Below, one piece after another: positions 35,008 through 46,681 of a DNA stretch of 64,000 nucleotides. Position 1 is the stretch's first letter; the number at the start of each line of letters is the position of its first letter. Both the position numbers and the translations under genes were made by a program. This stretch comes from Folioceros fuciformis (lineage: Eukaryota), in NCBI GenBank assembly GCA_049999805.1, contig JBNGIO010006064.1:1-64000 (forward strand), given 5' to 3'. Under the pieces are notes generated by a model. That model made no database searches. It saw nothing but the letters and a program-made list of their open reading frames with translations, and was not told the DNA's origin.

Positions 35008-38000
35008 ATGGATCTCAAGAATCTCGGCGGAAAATGGCTGCAAACAGTCAAATCAGCTGGGGCTATGAACATCCTCGGCTCTGCTGCCCCCGATCGGCCC
35101 GAGGTGAGCTCACTTTCCGATTTGCATGGTCTCTAGCTTCCGTACTAGAGATCTTGGATGCTGTACCTGGGCCGAAGCCAGCCAAATTTTAACCATGCTT
35201 GCACTTGCTTGTGCAGATTCCGGCACGAGCTGCTGCCGCAGCTGCGGCTGCCTTGCAGATTGCGGGCCCTCCCCAAGCTCCGAGGGTAAGTCGTCCCTCC
35301 AATTCTGCCGTGCCTTCAGCATTTGCCAAACCGACAAGGGAACCCCCAGAGGAACTGGAGGAGTGCTTTTTTGGGCAGGCAAGTCGTGCAATTAAACATT
35401 TTACTCTTGTGGGCACTTCATGTGCGTTGCTACAAGCAACTCATTTTGTTGCGGCTTAGCTTCAACAGGAATTTGATCCCGTCAGACACATGTTGGAACA
35501 TATTCCTACCGAATCTTTGGACCAAACTTTCTTTGATAACAAGGTACAATTCTGGGCATGTCACGGACCCACAGTTTTTGCACAAGGACATGGACTCCTT
35601 GAAGTCTCTCATAGCCAAATGTACTCAGGTTGCGGTAAGGATGGCGCAACTAGACTTGATTACGCAAAAGTTGTCAAAGCAAGTCATGGAACATCACGAA
35701 GAGATGGGTTGGTTATTATATCGATGTCTTGCGCTGCATTACATGTCTAGTGACTGAGCCAAAGTTTGTGCGTCAAAGTCCTCGTTTTTATTCCACGAGG
35801 AAGTTTTGTTTCCTGCATTTAAGGTTCCTCATAGATTTTGTCTTATCAAGTTGCGGTTTTAAGCACGCAAAGTCGGGATGTGAGAAGCGGTCAGCATATA
35901 CCAAGCCCTTTTTATCAGTCTGACAGTTTATGTATTTTTACTGTCTCTGATGTCAACAGTGAGAGGAATGGAACTGGTTACCGAGCTTGACAAAGATCTG
36001 CAGGTCTCAAGTATAATAAGCAAGGTGCCAGGAGAAATCTCACTCCCCTTATAACTTGACACGGACATGTCGCATGAATCTGAGTCTTCCTTCTGCAATG
36101 TCGCATGTCGCGAGCTAAGTCAAATTTGTCCGCTCACATTTGCTTCTGAATGTAACGTGTATAGCGTTAGTTTGGGCATGATCTTGAGAATTGCATTATG
36201 CTGTTCCTTTTTCCTATTCCCTGTTATGCTGCAACTGTTCCTGTCCGCAGAATGGCCGAAGGCACCTCTTTTTGGCTATGCACGAAGTATCACAGGATCT
36301 GGTTGTTTCAGCAAATGTTAGGAAAAAACAGGTTTTGCTGGTGGGTCCAAGTAGGTTCTTTCACTCCTCTAACTGAATGTCGCATGAAATTGTTCTCTTG
36401 AAGTAGAGTGGGCTCTTCTTACATGCCTCTGTACATACAGGACATGCTTCCTGTTGTGGAGAGGATACAGCACTCGATTGACCTGCAGTCGAGGCTTCAG
36501 AGTATGGTTGATGAAGGAGATTATGCAAGGGTGAGCTTCCCACGGGTTTGTTGGCAACTGATGCCTGTATGTCGTAAAGGAAGAGCTATACAATCACTGT
36601 CTTGCATGAATCACTTGATGACCTTTTAGATTTGCCCATGAGCAAGTCTCCCCTTGACGATCCATCTTGTGCAGGCACTGCAAACGTGTTCAGAATGTAT
36701 GATGCATCTCAATGAGTTCTCAGAACTTGCAGCTATCAAGGAAATGAATCACAGCATTGAGGTAAATCACAGTTAGTGGGCCTCCTGCCAACGATGGCCT
36801 TCGTTGCAAATATTCCTAATGCCTCGCTATTTGCTTCTCACCTTGTTGACAAATGAATGCACGGAATTTAAGAACTGTTTCTTTTTGTTTGCCTTATTTC
36901 AGCACGAACTGTGTATGTTTCAGGAGTGGCTTCAGGGAACCATTGAAAAAGTGGATGCAGTTCTGCAGAATGTCTGCCGTAAATTCCAACCCGAAGGCTA
37001 TCTCACTGTGAGTAGTTTCAGGTCGTCCAGGGCTTCATCGCCGTGGTACAGGCAGTCATTTCCTATTTGCGATCCTCTCATTTTGTCTCGCTGGCCAGGA
37101 GACCATCAATTGTCTTGCAGGACAAACTGCAATATCAAGTTCAGTCGTCTTTCTTTCTTGCAGGTGCTTGATGCGTATTCTGTGATGGATGATATTGTTG
37201 GCCTTGGAGAAAAGGTCCAAACGTTTTTTGCTCAGACTGCTGTCTCTGAGACACACAAGGTGATCAAGGACTTGGTAAATCAGGTGAGGTTTCACATGAT
37301 TCCGGCTGTGCTGGCTAAGGAACTTGTATCTGGTGCATGTAGCACCTGTGTGTTTTCATGATGAATCGCAGGCCTGCATGGAACAATTTCACCGTCAATT
37401 GGTAACCTGTTTCTTGTTTGTGGCAGGAGGAGGATGCTCAGGTTGCGCTGAGGAAGAGCAGGTAGGCAAAAGCTGCAGACTGTTGCTGAGTAGACCTTGG
37501 TCTTCTTCTCATACTGAAACGTGTGAGATACATTTGATGTAGGCTGCCATACAACGATTTATGTTTGCAGCTCCCAGAATCCAAGTTCAGGCCATGTTTA
37601 TCCAAAATTCTGGAAGTCTTATTTGACCTCCTGTGTTCATACTATCAGATGATGACTTTCCAGCAATTTCATAAGGTGAGCTCAATAATGTTTCATTCAA
37701 GGTTTGGATTTGGTATCTGAATATGGTGAGTGTGGTTTAGGGTTGTGTCTAGCAGAGTGTTGTACAGTTGTAGCTCATGCACCCAAATCTCAGAAATATG
37801 TGCTTTGCTTGAGTTGCATGTAGTAGGGTAAGGGTGCAGTAGCTAAGCCATTGTGGAGCCACTGCTAGCCAAACACAGCATGGTTAACAAGCTTCAAGGG
37901 TCGGCTATTGTCATTGTGGGCATGGTTTTGCTTGCTACCTCTTACCAATTGTGTAATAGGCCGTAGATGAAGATGCCCAGAGAGGCTCACAACTCCATCC

Positions 38001-41000
38001 TTTGTCTAATGGGAAGCGCCAGCTTTCATTGATTCATCCTTTGCCTCTGACTGATGCCACTAGCAATGTGGAATCTCAAGTCGTTAGACAAGACTCATCT
38101 CAGCAGGTCACTACCACTGTATCGGGATACCTATTGCAACAGGATGCTGCCAACAGGTTAGATGCAGGTGAAGCGACACTGTTATCTCAACCTCCACTAG
38201 GGGAACGTGCGGTCATCATGGGAAGTGAGGCGTTGTCCAATCGCGCTCGACAAGGTTCAGCAATCAGTGTTGGGGCCGCCCTGGAAAAGGGGAGGAAAAC
38301 TGTCTGGGAACTTGCTGCTCGTCGCGTTTCTGCTCTACTCTCATCTGATGCACTTTGTGCAAGCAGCCCACATCATTTTCTCAGGAGCCTTGATTGGGTA
38401 AACAAGTTTATATTAGCAGGAGAGGCTTTCTGTGGTGCTGAAGCAGTGTCTTTGAGATCAAAGCTTCTGAAGCAGAGTGAGAAGTACTTTGGCACTTTCC
38501 ACCGGCAAAATCTTGAGGTGATTACTGTTGCAGTGGTTCAAATAAACTATATGCAGGTTGTTGGTGCAGGACTGCCTTGGTCCATAACTGTTGGTTGCAC
38601 TGTCTGCAGTGCAACTCACCCAGATGTAGCGTTGCCTGATCTGTTAACAGGTAATGCGAATGATGCTGGAAAAGGAGTCATGGCAGCAACTTTCGGCAAC
38701 AGCGCTTCAGGCTGTGAACTTAGCTGGCCTCACTGGAGAAGGTGGTTCTGTTCTAGCCATCCAAGGTACCCAAGCACAAGTGGCAGGAGAACGTATGGAG
38801 AAAAGCAGTACCCAGACTGGGTTTTCAACATGGTTGCAGGGGGGGAACCCCTTTACTAACACACACACATTGCATGTTGAGGGAGACAAGCTGGAAAATT
38901 CAATGGGTGGAATCAATGGGACTTCAACTGAACCAGGGGGTTCTGGAGATGATGAAAGTGAGGATGAGGATCTACTTGCAGACTTTATCGATGAAGATAG
39001 TCAGCTGCCGAGTCGCTTGTCAATTAGTGCAAAGTTAATGCAGGGTACAGTCAAGCAGTCACAGGGCCAAGGAATCGAGGGCTTCACGCTTACAGGTTCA
39101 GCTGTAAGCATGCTGAGGTGTGCTCTTGATTGCCTTGATACTTCCACCGAATACTGTTTCTGTTTTTCGTGTTTGACAAGCTAGTCCTGTTGAAATTACC
39201 ACTAGCTAGCAGCAGCCATTTGATTGGTTTCATTTCTTCAGATACATGGATAAATATGCCAGGTTAATGCAAATGTTGCAACCAATCTCTGTAGATGTCA
39301 TGAAGGTATATTTTCAGTGTTGCGGTTTCTTTGCTATTACTTTTTAGTTCATAGGCTTCACAGCGGGTGCAAATCCCAAAGCAAGTGGTAACTGTCTGTT
39401 TATTCACAGGGGTTGTGTCAATTCTTCGAGCTGTACTTTTTCACTATATTCAAGGTATTTGGGCAGCGAGATGCTTTCAGTGTGGCGAGAAGCCAGGCAG
39501 ATGCTCCTGCACGTGAGTTGCCTTGGTAGTGTGGCGCCGGTTGTTTACCCTTACTGTATGTAATGCTGTTCTAATGGAGTAGGAATAACCACCGTGTAAT
39601 TGTCATTGCGATGCAACTGTTCGTGACGCTTTGTTGTGTTCATTATGTTATCAGTAATAACAGCACGTCTAAGAACGACCTTGGTCAGAATATCCCAAGG
39701 CCTAGAAGAACAGCGAATGAAATCTCAAGGACCTGATGGCACTATCCCTAGTTCTCCTGGTGCTCCTAGCCATGCACATGGATTCACAGAGGGATCTCCT
39801 ATGAGTCCGGGCCAAGCTGGCCCACCATATACTACTTCCATGAGCAAAATGTATGATATCAAGGTGAAATGTCGTGAAGTACTTACTCCTAAATATCATT
39901 CTGTATAGCATTATTGAAGATGCTCTCATTTGCAGTTGATACCATTTCTCTGCAGGAAAGGACTGTTGCTGCTGAGTCTTTGATGTGTATGGCCCAAATC
40001 CTGAGAAAGTCGCGGACTCATCTCCAAGTGATGCTCCCACAGGATAGTCTAACGTCGACAGAACAGTTCTATTCCAGAACGGTTAGCTTACTCTGATAGC
40101 ACTTGCATGGAGCAGTGACATTGTAGTTTGGTTATTTCACTCTTCAGCATTTGCTCAGGCATATTTCGTTCCCAAACAGTTTTCTTTGCTGCGTTATCAA
40201 ACAGGTAGATGCTGCTCCGGATCTGAGGGAGCATGTGTATAGAACGTTGGCACGAAGTCTCCTGAATGTTGGAGGGTAATGTCCCTGAACCAAGTAGTGT
40301 TCTTAAGGTTTAACTAGGCTGAAGTTGGCTACTGGTTGTTTGTTAGGATTCCTCTTTTGCCTCCTTCGGATTTAGATACGAATTATGATCACTGTTTATG
40401 TTGGCATGTCTCTTATGTCTTGCAGGTATGGTGATCGGATCTCGAATGTCCGTTGGGAATTGAAAGACTTAGGACTTGAACACAACGGGTAATTTGTTTC
40501 ATCCATTATCTTGAGGTGCCGATTGACCCACCCGTGCTACCGATGAAGCCTTTGAGCTAGAGGAACTGCCAGGCTCTGAATGACGAGGGTTTTGGATGAG
40601 AAATAGTTTGAGGCCTCTTAAACGATGTATCACGACTGTGGTGCCTCAGAAAATTGTCTGTTATCTGTTTCTGTTGAGCACCTTTGCTGGATCTGTCTTC
40701 CAGGCACATTGATTTGCTATTAGGGGAGTACAAACGGTTCCTGAAGACATTGAGCAACGAAGCCATCCCCAAAGAGGTCCGAACATCTCCTCTTTACTGG
40801 TTGTCATCTGATTCATAAGTTATTGATCGACCTCCAGCTTGGATCTCCTGTACGCCAGCTTTTTTCGCTCTGCCTTCAGCTGTGAAGGGATGGTAAAGGG
40901 TTCTGTGCATTATAACCTGCCCCTTTACCGTTCGACCGGTGCTAAGTACTGTCTCCAGCTAGAATGGTCAACATCCATTTGCTTTCGTGGTGTCCGCACT

Positions 41001-41684
41001 TGTACAATGCACAGAACTTTGCAAGTCAACAGGCTTTGTGTGCAGCAGGTATTGGAGCTTTTCTTGGAGTATGGGGTGGACACATTAGCCGAAACTCTGC
41101 TAGAGGGCTTGTCCCGCGTCAAAAGATGCAACAATGAAGGCCGTGCGTTGATGTCCTTGGACCTTCAGGTGAGGCAGCGTGGTTTGTTCCAAATTGGTTA
41201 TTTCACAACAATGGCGGAAACTTCTGCCAGTCTTGGCAATTCATGACACGGTTATCTGCAGGTCCTGATAAATGGCCTGCAGAAGCTAGCACCGCCGAAG
41301 CTGAGAACAAATTTGCAGATTGTGGAAACCTACATCAAGGTAGTGTCGTGTCATGGCTGCCTTGAAAGTTTTGCTGAGAACTTATTAACCCACTCATGTT
41401 CCACCAGGCGTTCTACCTACCGGAGGCAGAGTACTTGCATTGGATCCGCACACACCCTGTAAACCTACACCTGTCCCTGCCTGCATGTAGTGTGCTGCGT
41501 TCATTCCCGTTCACCATAACTCAAACTATGCTGAGAATGCCTCCGTTGGTTATGCCGTGTGATGTTGCAGGAGTATACGAAGACGCAAATTGTCGCCCTC
41601 GTTAATCTAGCGGCTGCTGCGAATAATTGGAAACGGAAAAGCAGGCTGGAGATACTGGAAAAAATTGATGCGGTTGATAGTTGA
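35008..41684 (+). CDS. VPS50: Syndetin / VPS50 (EARP subunit), multi-exon
   Basis: MDLKNLGGKWLQTVKSA...PDRPEIPARAAAAAA, EFDPVRHMLEHIP, GRKTVWELAARRVSALL, DESEDEDLLADFIDEDSQLPSR, LLEGLSRVKRCNNEGRALMSLDLQ and YIKAFYLPE. Confidence 0.92.
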
Positions 41685-42966
41685 CATGACGCTGCGTCCA
41701 CGAACATGTGACTGCCGCTGTCATGCACCGGATGGTTCACCGCCTTGGTCCTTTTGATTGTGGGATGGAAACCATCTGAAGGCTAGCTCATCTGGTTGCG
41801 GTGAATTCCCAGGGCAGTTGTCTCGGCAAGTTCTCTCACGACCTATCTTTCGGAACATGGCTTGCTCTATTAGACTCTTTGTAAGCTCCCTGCTTTCGTC
41901 CATCTCTACAGTCTTGCGATTGAAAGCGATGTCCTTCGGTTTCTCTAGTTCCAAAGTGCCTATGTGTATGATGTAATGTAATCTTATGATGATTAATTTG
42001 AGGACATGCGGAACTAAAATTGATCGATTGATAGTACTAGGTCGAGTATGAGATTTTTGAGTAAAGAGGAAAAAAGATCCTCTTTTTTTCTCTGCTTCAT
42101 GTTCAACGGCCTTGGTGCCATGGAAGAAAGAAGTGTACCAGGTCTGGTCTGGTCTGGTGGTTGACGTTGGAGACGTACAGGCGATGGAGGCCATCCTTCG
42201 AAAACGAGTGTTTGATGATGCTTTCTTATCGATGTTTTTGTCATGCTAGGAGGCTTTACTGAATAGGCTAGGTTGCTATGTACATTCCAGCAGACCAAGC
42301 CTGCGTATCTTCGATGTTCGAAGCTGGGACAGCTGGGAATCAGGTGGTGTGGCCAGTCTGGGCTGTCTTGTTATCTGACTTCCTCAGGAACTGGATTTCC
42401 TTGAGAGCATCCAGGTTACAAAGCAGCAGAACCTAGAGTGCATACTTGAGTGGCGTAGTCTGCACAAACAGCGCAATTTGGTTGATAGTGTAGGATTGCA
42501 CGCGCCTTGCAGCCATTGGATCCAGAGGTCATAGCTGGTAGATGGTGTGTACCTCCATTACAGTGGTTTAGGCACACGGGATGGCTTGCAGTTTGCACAG
42601 ATTCTGTTCATCAATGCAATATGGAAATGGAAACGAGCGAAGTCTACGGATACGTCCAAGCTGAAGCTGCGACATACGCATCCTGCTTCTCACGCCGTTG
42701 TGAGAAGCCAAGAGCTTGACTGGAGGCCGAGATGTACTATCACGTTGCCGGCTCCTAGACCTTGAGCATTGATAAGTGTGCAGAGGTGGGACCACCGTCT
42801 ATCACCCAGAAATGCGTGCAAGGCGGTTCCGCAAGGAAGAAGGAGAACAACGTTTAACAAGGAAAAATGAGAAAGGGGAAGGAAGATCGAGAACAATGCA
42901 CAACGACGAAGAAGGGAAACAAGGGAAGTCAGATGGATTTATGAACCGGGATCACTTCAGGGTAGA

Positions 42967-45900
42967 TTATCTCGCTTTTCCTGCAACCAGGAAACTAAGC
43001 ACGAGTCCGTCCAAGTCTGTCCACCAGGTCTGCCCTGGCTGCTTCCATGCCTTACATTCTACTCTCCTTGCCTGGATCTCCTCTGCTTGCTTCCACATCT
43101 GAACACTGGTGTATATGTTCGACATAATCACGTATGCCGTGGCATCCATCTCATCCAGGTGGAGTGCTTCGTTGAAGGCATGGATTCCCACCTCCACGTT
43201 GCTCCACTTTTGACAAGCACCCAACAGAGTGTGCCAAATGGAAGCATTCGCGGGTGCAGGCATTGCCCTTACCAAACTTAGTGCCTCATCCAGTCGGCCT
43301 GTCCGCCCCAAGAGATCAACCATGCATGTGTAGTGGTCCACAGTTGGGGGGATGCCGTCCTCCTCCATGCCCTTGAAGTACTCTCTCGCCTTGTTCACAA
43401 GACCCACGTGACTGCATACTGTGAGTACACTGAGGAGTGTGATGCCGCTTGGCTGTATCCCATCCTTTTTCATTCTCTGGACCAAGAGAAAGACCAGTTC
43501 ACTGTCTCCTTGGGACGCGTAGCCTGCAATTAGTGCACTCCAGGACGCAACGTCTCTTTTCGGCAAGGCATCAAACACCTGCTGTGCATCCACCATGCTT
43601 CCAGACTTTCCGTACATGTTTATCAAACTACAGGCCACAAACCCATCAGAAAGAAGCCCTTGGGCCTCAATCTGTGCATGCAGCTCCTTTCCCAGTTGCA
43701 AAGCAGCCAGATCTGCACATGCTTGCAGGAGGCACGCGAATGTCACAGCATTGGGTACAGCAATGCCGCCTAGTTGCATAGCACTGTAAAGATGAAGGGC
43801 TTCCTGGCCCATGCCCTGTTGGGAATAACCTGCAATTAGAGCAGTCCAAGTTACCACATCTTGTTGCACGAGTCCTTCAAACACAAGGCGCGCATCCTCT
43901 AGGCTGCCACATTTTGCGTACATGTTGACCAAGCTGTTGGATACAAACTCATCATCGTGAAGTCCCCGTTCTCTAATTTGAGCATGAAGCTTCTTCCCCA
44001 TCTCCAAAGCTGAGCTGCCCACACTCGCACATGCCTGCAAGAGGCACAGAAATGTCACGGAATTGGGTACAACGATACCTTCTTCTTGCATGCTATTGTA
44101 GAGACAAAGGGCCTCATGTCCCATGCCCTGCCGGGAATACGCACCAAGCATGGCGTTCCACGTTACGACATCTTTTTGAACGAGTCCGTCAAACAACCTT
44201 TCAGCGTCCTCCAAGCTGCCGCACTTGCCATACATGTTGACCAAACTGCTGATCACAAAGCCCTCGCCTTCGTGTCCTTGTTCACTAATTTGCGCATGAA
44301 GCTCCTTCCCTCTTGCCAAAGCTGGGGTGCCAACGCTTGCACATGCCTGCAGCAAACACACCAACGTCACAGAATCAGGTACCGCCATGCCATCTCCTTG
44401 CATAGCACTGTAAAGATGAAGGGCTTCCTGGCCCATGCCCAACTGGGAATATCCTGCAATTAGAGCTGTCCACGTTGCCACATCTTTCTCACAAAGGCCA
44501 TCAAAAACTCTCTGAGCAGCCTCTAGGCTACCACACTTTGAATACATGTTCACCAAACTGTTGACTACAAACAAATCTGCGTCATGTCCTCCTTCACTAA
44601 TTTGAGCGTGAAGCTGCTTCCCTTTCTCCAAAGCTGGGGCGCCAATACTAGCACAAGCCTGTAGGAGATGCACGAATGTAACACAATCTGGTACAGCTGT
44701 GCCTTCTTCTTGCATAGCACTGTAGAGATGTATAGCTTCGTGGCTCATGCCCTGCTGGGAATATCCTGCTATCATGGTATTCCACAACACAGTGTCTTTT
44801 TGAACAAGTCCAGCAAACACGATCTGGGCATCTTCCCAGCTGCCACATTTGACATACATGTTCACCAGACTACTGGATAAGAGCACATCACAAGCAAGCC
44901 CACGCTCTCTAATTTGAGCATGAAGCTGCTTCCCCTTCTCTACCGCTGATGAGCCGACGATTGCACATGCCTGGATCAGGCACACGAAAGTCATGCAATC
45001 AGGTACAGCCATTCCATCTTCTTGCATAGCACTGTATACAGCAAGAGCCTCCTGGCCCATGCCCTGCTGGCAATATCCTAGAATTAAAGCAGTCCATGTC
45101 ACCACATCTTTTTGACCAAGACCATCAAACACTCTCTGAGCATCCTCAAGACTGCCACACTTTGCATACATATTTACCAAGCTGCTAGCTACAAAGGCAT
45201 TGCTTCCCTGTCCTCGTTCTCTAATTTTTAGGTGAAGCTGCTTACCATTTTCCAAAGCTGGAGGGCCCCCACTAGCACATGCCTGTAGCAGGCACACAAA
45301 CGTCACAGAATTTGGTACAGAAGTGCCTTGTTCTTGCATAGCCCGGTAGACCAATAAACTCTCCTGCCACATGCCCTGCTGGGTGTACCCTGCTATTATG
45401 GCATTCCACGTCACGACGTCCTTTTCACCGAGTGCATCAAAGACCCTGCGAGCAGCATCCACACTGCCACACTTTGCATACATGTTCACCAAAGTGTTGG
45501 CAACAAACGCGTCAGCTTCATATCCTCGTCTTCTAATTTCGATGTGAAGCTGTCTCCCCTTCTCCAATGCTGGCATACCCATACTTGCACATGCCTGCAG
45601 AAGTAACAAAAATGTCACAGAATCGGGTGTAGCCAAGCTCTCCTTCAGCATGAAACTGTACAGACCGAGGGCTTCGTGGCCCATGCCCTTCTGGGAGTAT
45701 CCTGCTATCATGGCATTCCACGTCACAACATCTTTCCGATCAAGTCCATCAAACACGTTTTGAGCATCTTCCAAGCTCCCACACTTTGCATACATGTGCA
45801 CCAAGGCATTAGAGACAAACACATCCCTATCAACCCCACCAGCCAGCACGTCAGCATGTACCTGGTGCCCCGTCTCTAAGTCGGATCCCCTTGCACAGGC

Positions 45901-46398
45901 CTGAAGGGCAGCCACAAAAACATGGCCATCTGGCTGCACGGTTGACCTCCGCATCTGCTGATACAGAACTAGGGCCTGCTTCACTTGTCCATGATTAACA
46001 TGTGCAGAAATTACGGAGGACCACATGAAGGCGTCTGGGTTCCCAACCTCGATGAAAACATTCATGGCGTCTTGCAACCTGCCATGGGAAGAATACATGC
46101 GCAGAATGTGGTTGCACAGGAACACATCCGTGTCGTACCCAATTCTCACCATAAAAGCATGAATTTTGCGACCCAGAACAAGATCCCTCGTCACCATGCA
46201 CTTCTTCAGTACAATATACAAGAGATCTCTGGACATACAACAGTCTGTCTTCACCAGCACTCCCAAAGCCTCAACAGCCTCCGCTAGAAGGCCCTGACGA
46301 CACAACCTGCTCACGGTATCACCATTATCCGACAAGCCCCACTTCATGGAACGGCCCGCGAAGAAGCCCGCCAGTCCCACCATGGGCATCGTGATCAT
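42967..46398 (-). CDS. PLS-class pentatricopeptide repeat protein with E domain and no DYW, single exon
   Basis: 1143-aa ORF with repeated NMYAKCGSLEDA / DVVTWNAMI units, an E domain (HYTCMVDLLGRTG...WHTLLGAC...AYVIMSNIY) and an end at KQPGQTWWTD. Confidence 0.96.
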   Translation of the reverse strand: MITMPMVGLAGFFAGRSMKWGLSDNGDTVSRLCRQGLLAEAVEALGVLVKTDCCMSRDLLYIVLKKCMVTRDLVLGRKIHAFMVRIGYDTDVFLCNHILRMYSSHGRLQDAMNVFIEVGNPDAFMWSSVISAHVNHGQVKQALVLYQQMRRSTVQPDGHVFVAALQACARGSDLETGHQVHADVLAGGVDRDVFVSNALVHMYAKCGSLEDAQNVFDGLDRKDVVTWNAMIAGYSQKGMGHEALGLYSFMLKESLATPDSVTFLLLLQACASMGMPALEKGRQLHIEIRRRGYEADAFVANTLVNMYAKCGSVDAARRVFDALGEKDVVTWNAIIAGYTQQGMWQESLLVYRAMQEQGTSVPNSVTFVCLLQACASGGPPALENGKQLHLKIRERGQGSNAFVASSLVNMYAKCGSLEDAQRVFDGLGQKDVVTWTALILGYCQQGMGQEALAVYSAMQEDGMAVPDCMTFVCLIQACAIVGSSAVEKGKQLHAQIRERGLACDVLLSSSLVNMYVKCGSWEDAQIVFAGLVQKDTVLWNTMIAGYSQQGMSHEAIHLYSAMQEEGTAVPDCVTFVHLLQACASIGAPALEKGKQLHAQISEGGHDADLFVVNSLVNMYSKCGSLEAAQRVFDGLCEKDVATWTALIAGYSQLGMGQEALHLYSAMQGDGMAVPDSVTLVCLLQACASVGTPALARGKELHAQISEQGHEGEGFVISSLVNMYGKCGSLEDAERLFDGLVQKDVVTWNAMLGAYSRQGMGHEALCLYNSMQEEGIVVPNSVTFLCLLQACASVGSSALEMGKKLHAQIRERGLHDDEFVSNSLVNMYAKCGSLEDARLVFEGLVQQDVVTWTALIAGYSQQGMGQEALHLYSAMQLGGIAVPNAVTFACLLQACADLAALQLGKELHAQIEAQGLLSDGFVACSLINMYGKSGSMVDAQQVFDALPKRDVASWSALIAGYASQGDSELVFLLVQRMKKDGIQPSGITLLSVLTVCSHVGLVNKAREYFKGMEEDGIPPTVDHYTCMVDLLGRTGRLDEALSLVRAMPAPANASIWHTLLGACQKWSNVEVGIHAFNEALHLDEMDATAYVIMSNIYTSVQMWKQAEEIQARRVECKAWKQPGQTWWTDLDGLVLSFLVAGKAR

Positions 46399-46681
46399 CC
46401 ACCGACACGGCGTGAAGCTGCCCTCCCCGGATCCGGAAGTTGCCGATCTGCGTGCCCAGGACTATACACATTCTATCGCTTTTAGAATCGAAATACGATG
46501 GGAATATACACCTGTGATCCACAGAATTCCACTCCGATTTGCGAACGAGCCGTTGGAAAGATTTGTAAAGTCGTTGTTCCTCCTCTCGACAAGGTGAGGA
46601 TGGGAGATTGACGGCTAAAGCAGACGGAGCCCCAGCGTTGTTGTCAGTGTGGCATTCTTGATTTCTAATGTCTCTTTCTTT

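Noticed and set aside
41720-42960. Possible small gene between the VPS50 and PPR 3' ends
   Set aside because: Splice-like signals are present but I could not build a consistent open frame or find a recognisable domain. It may be UTR.
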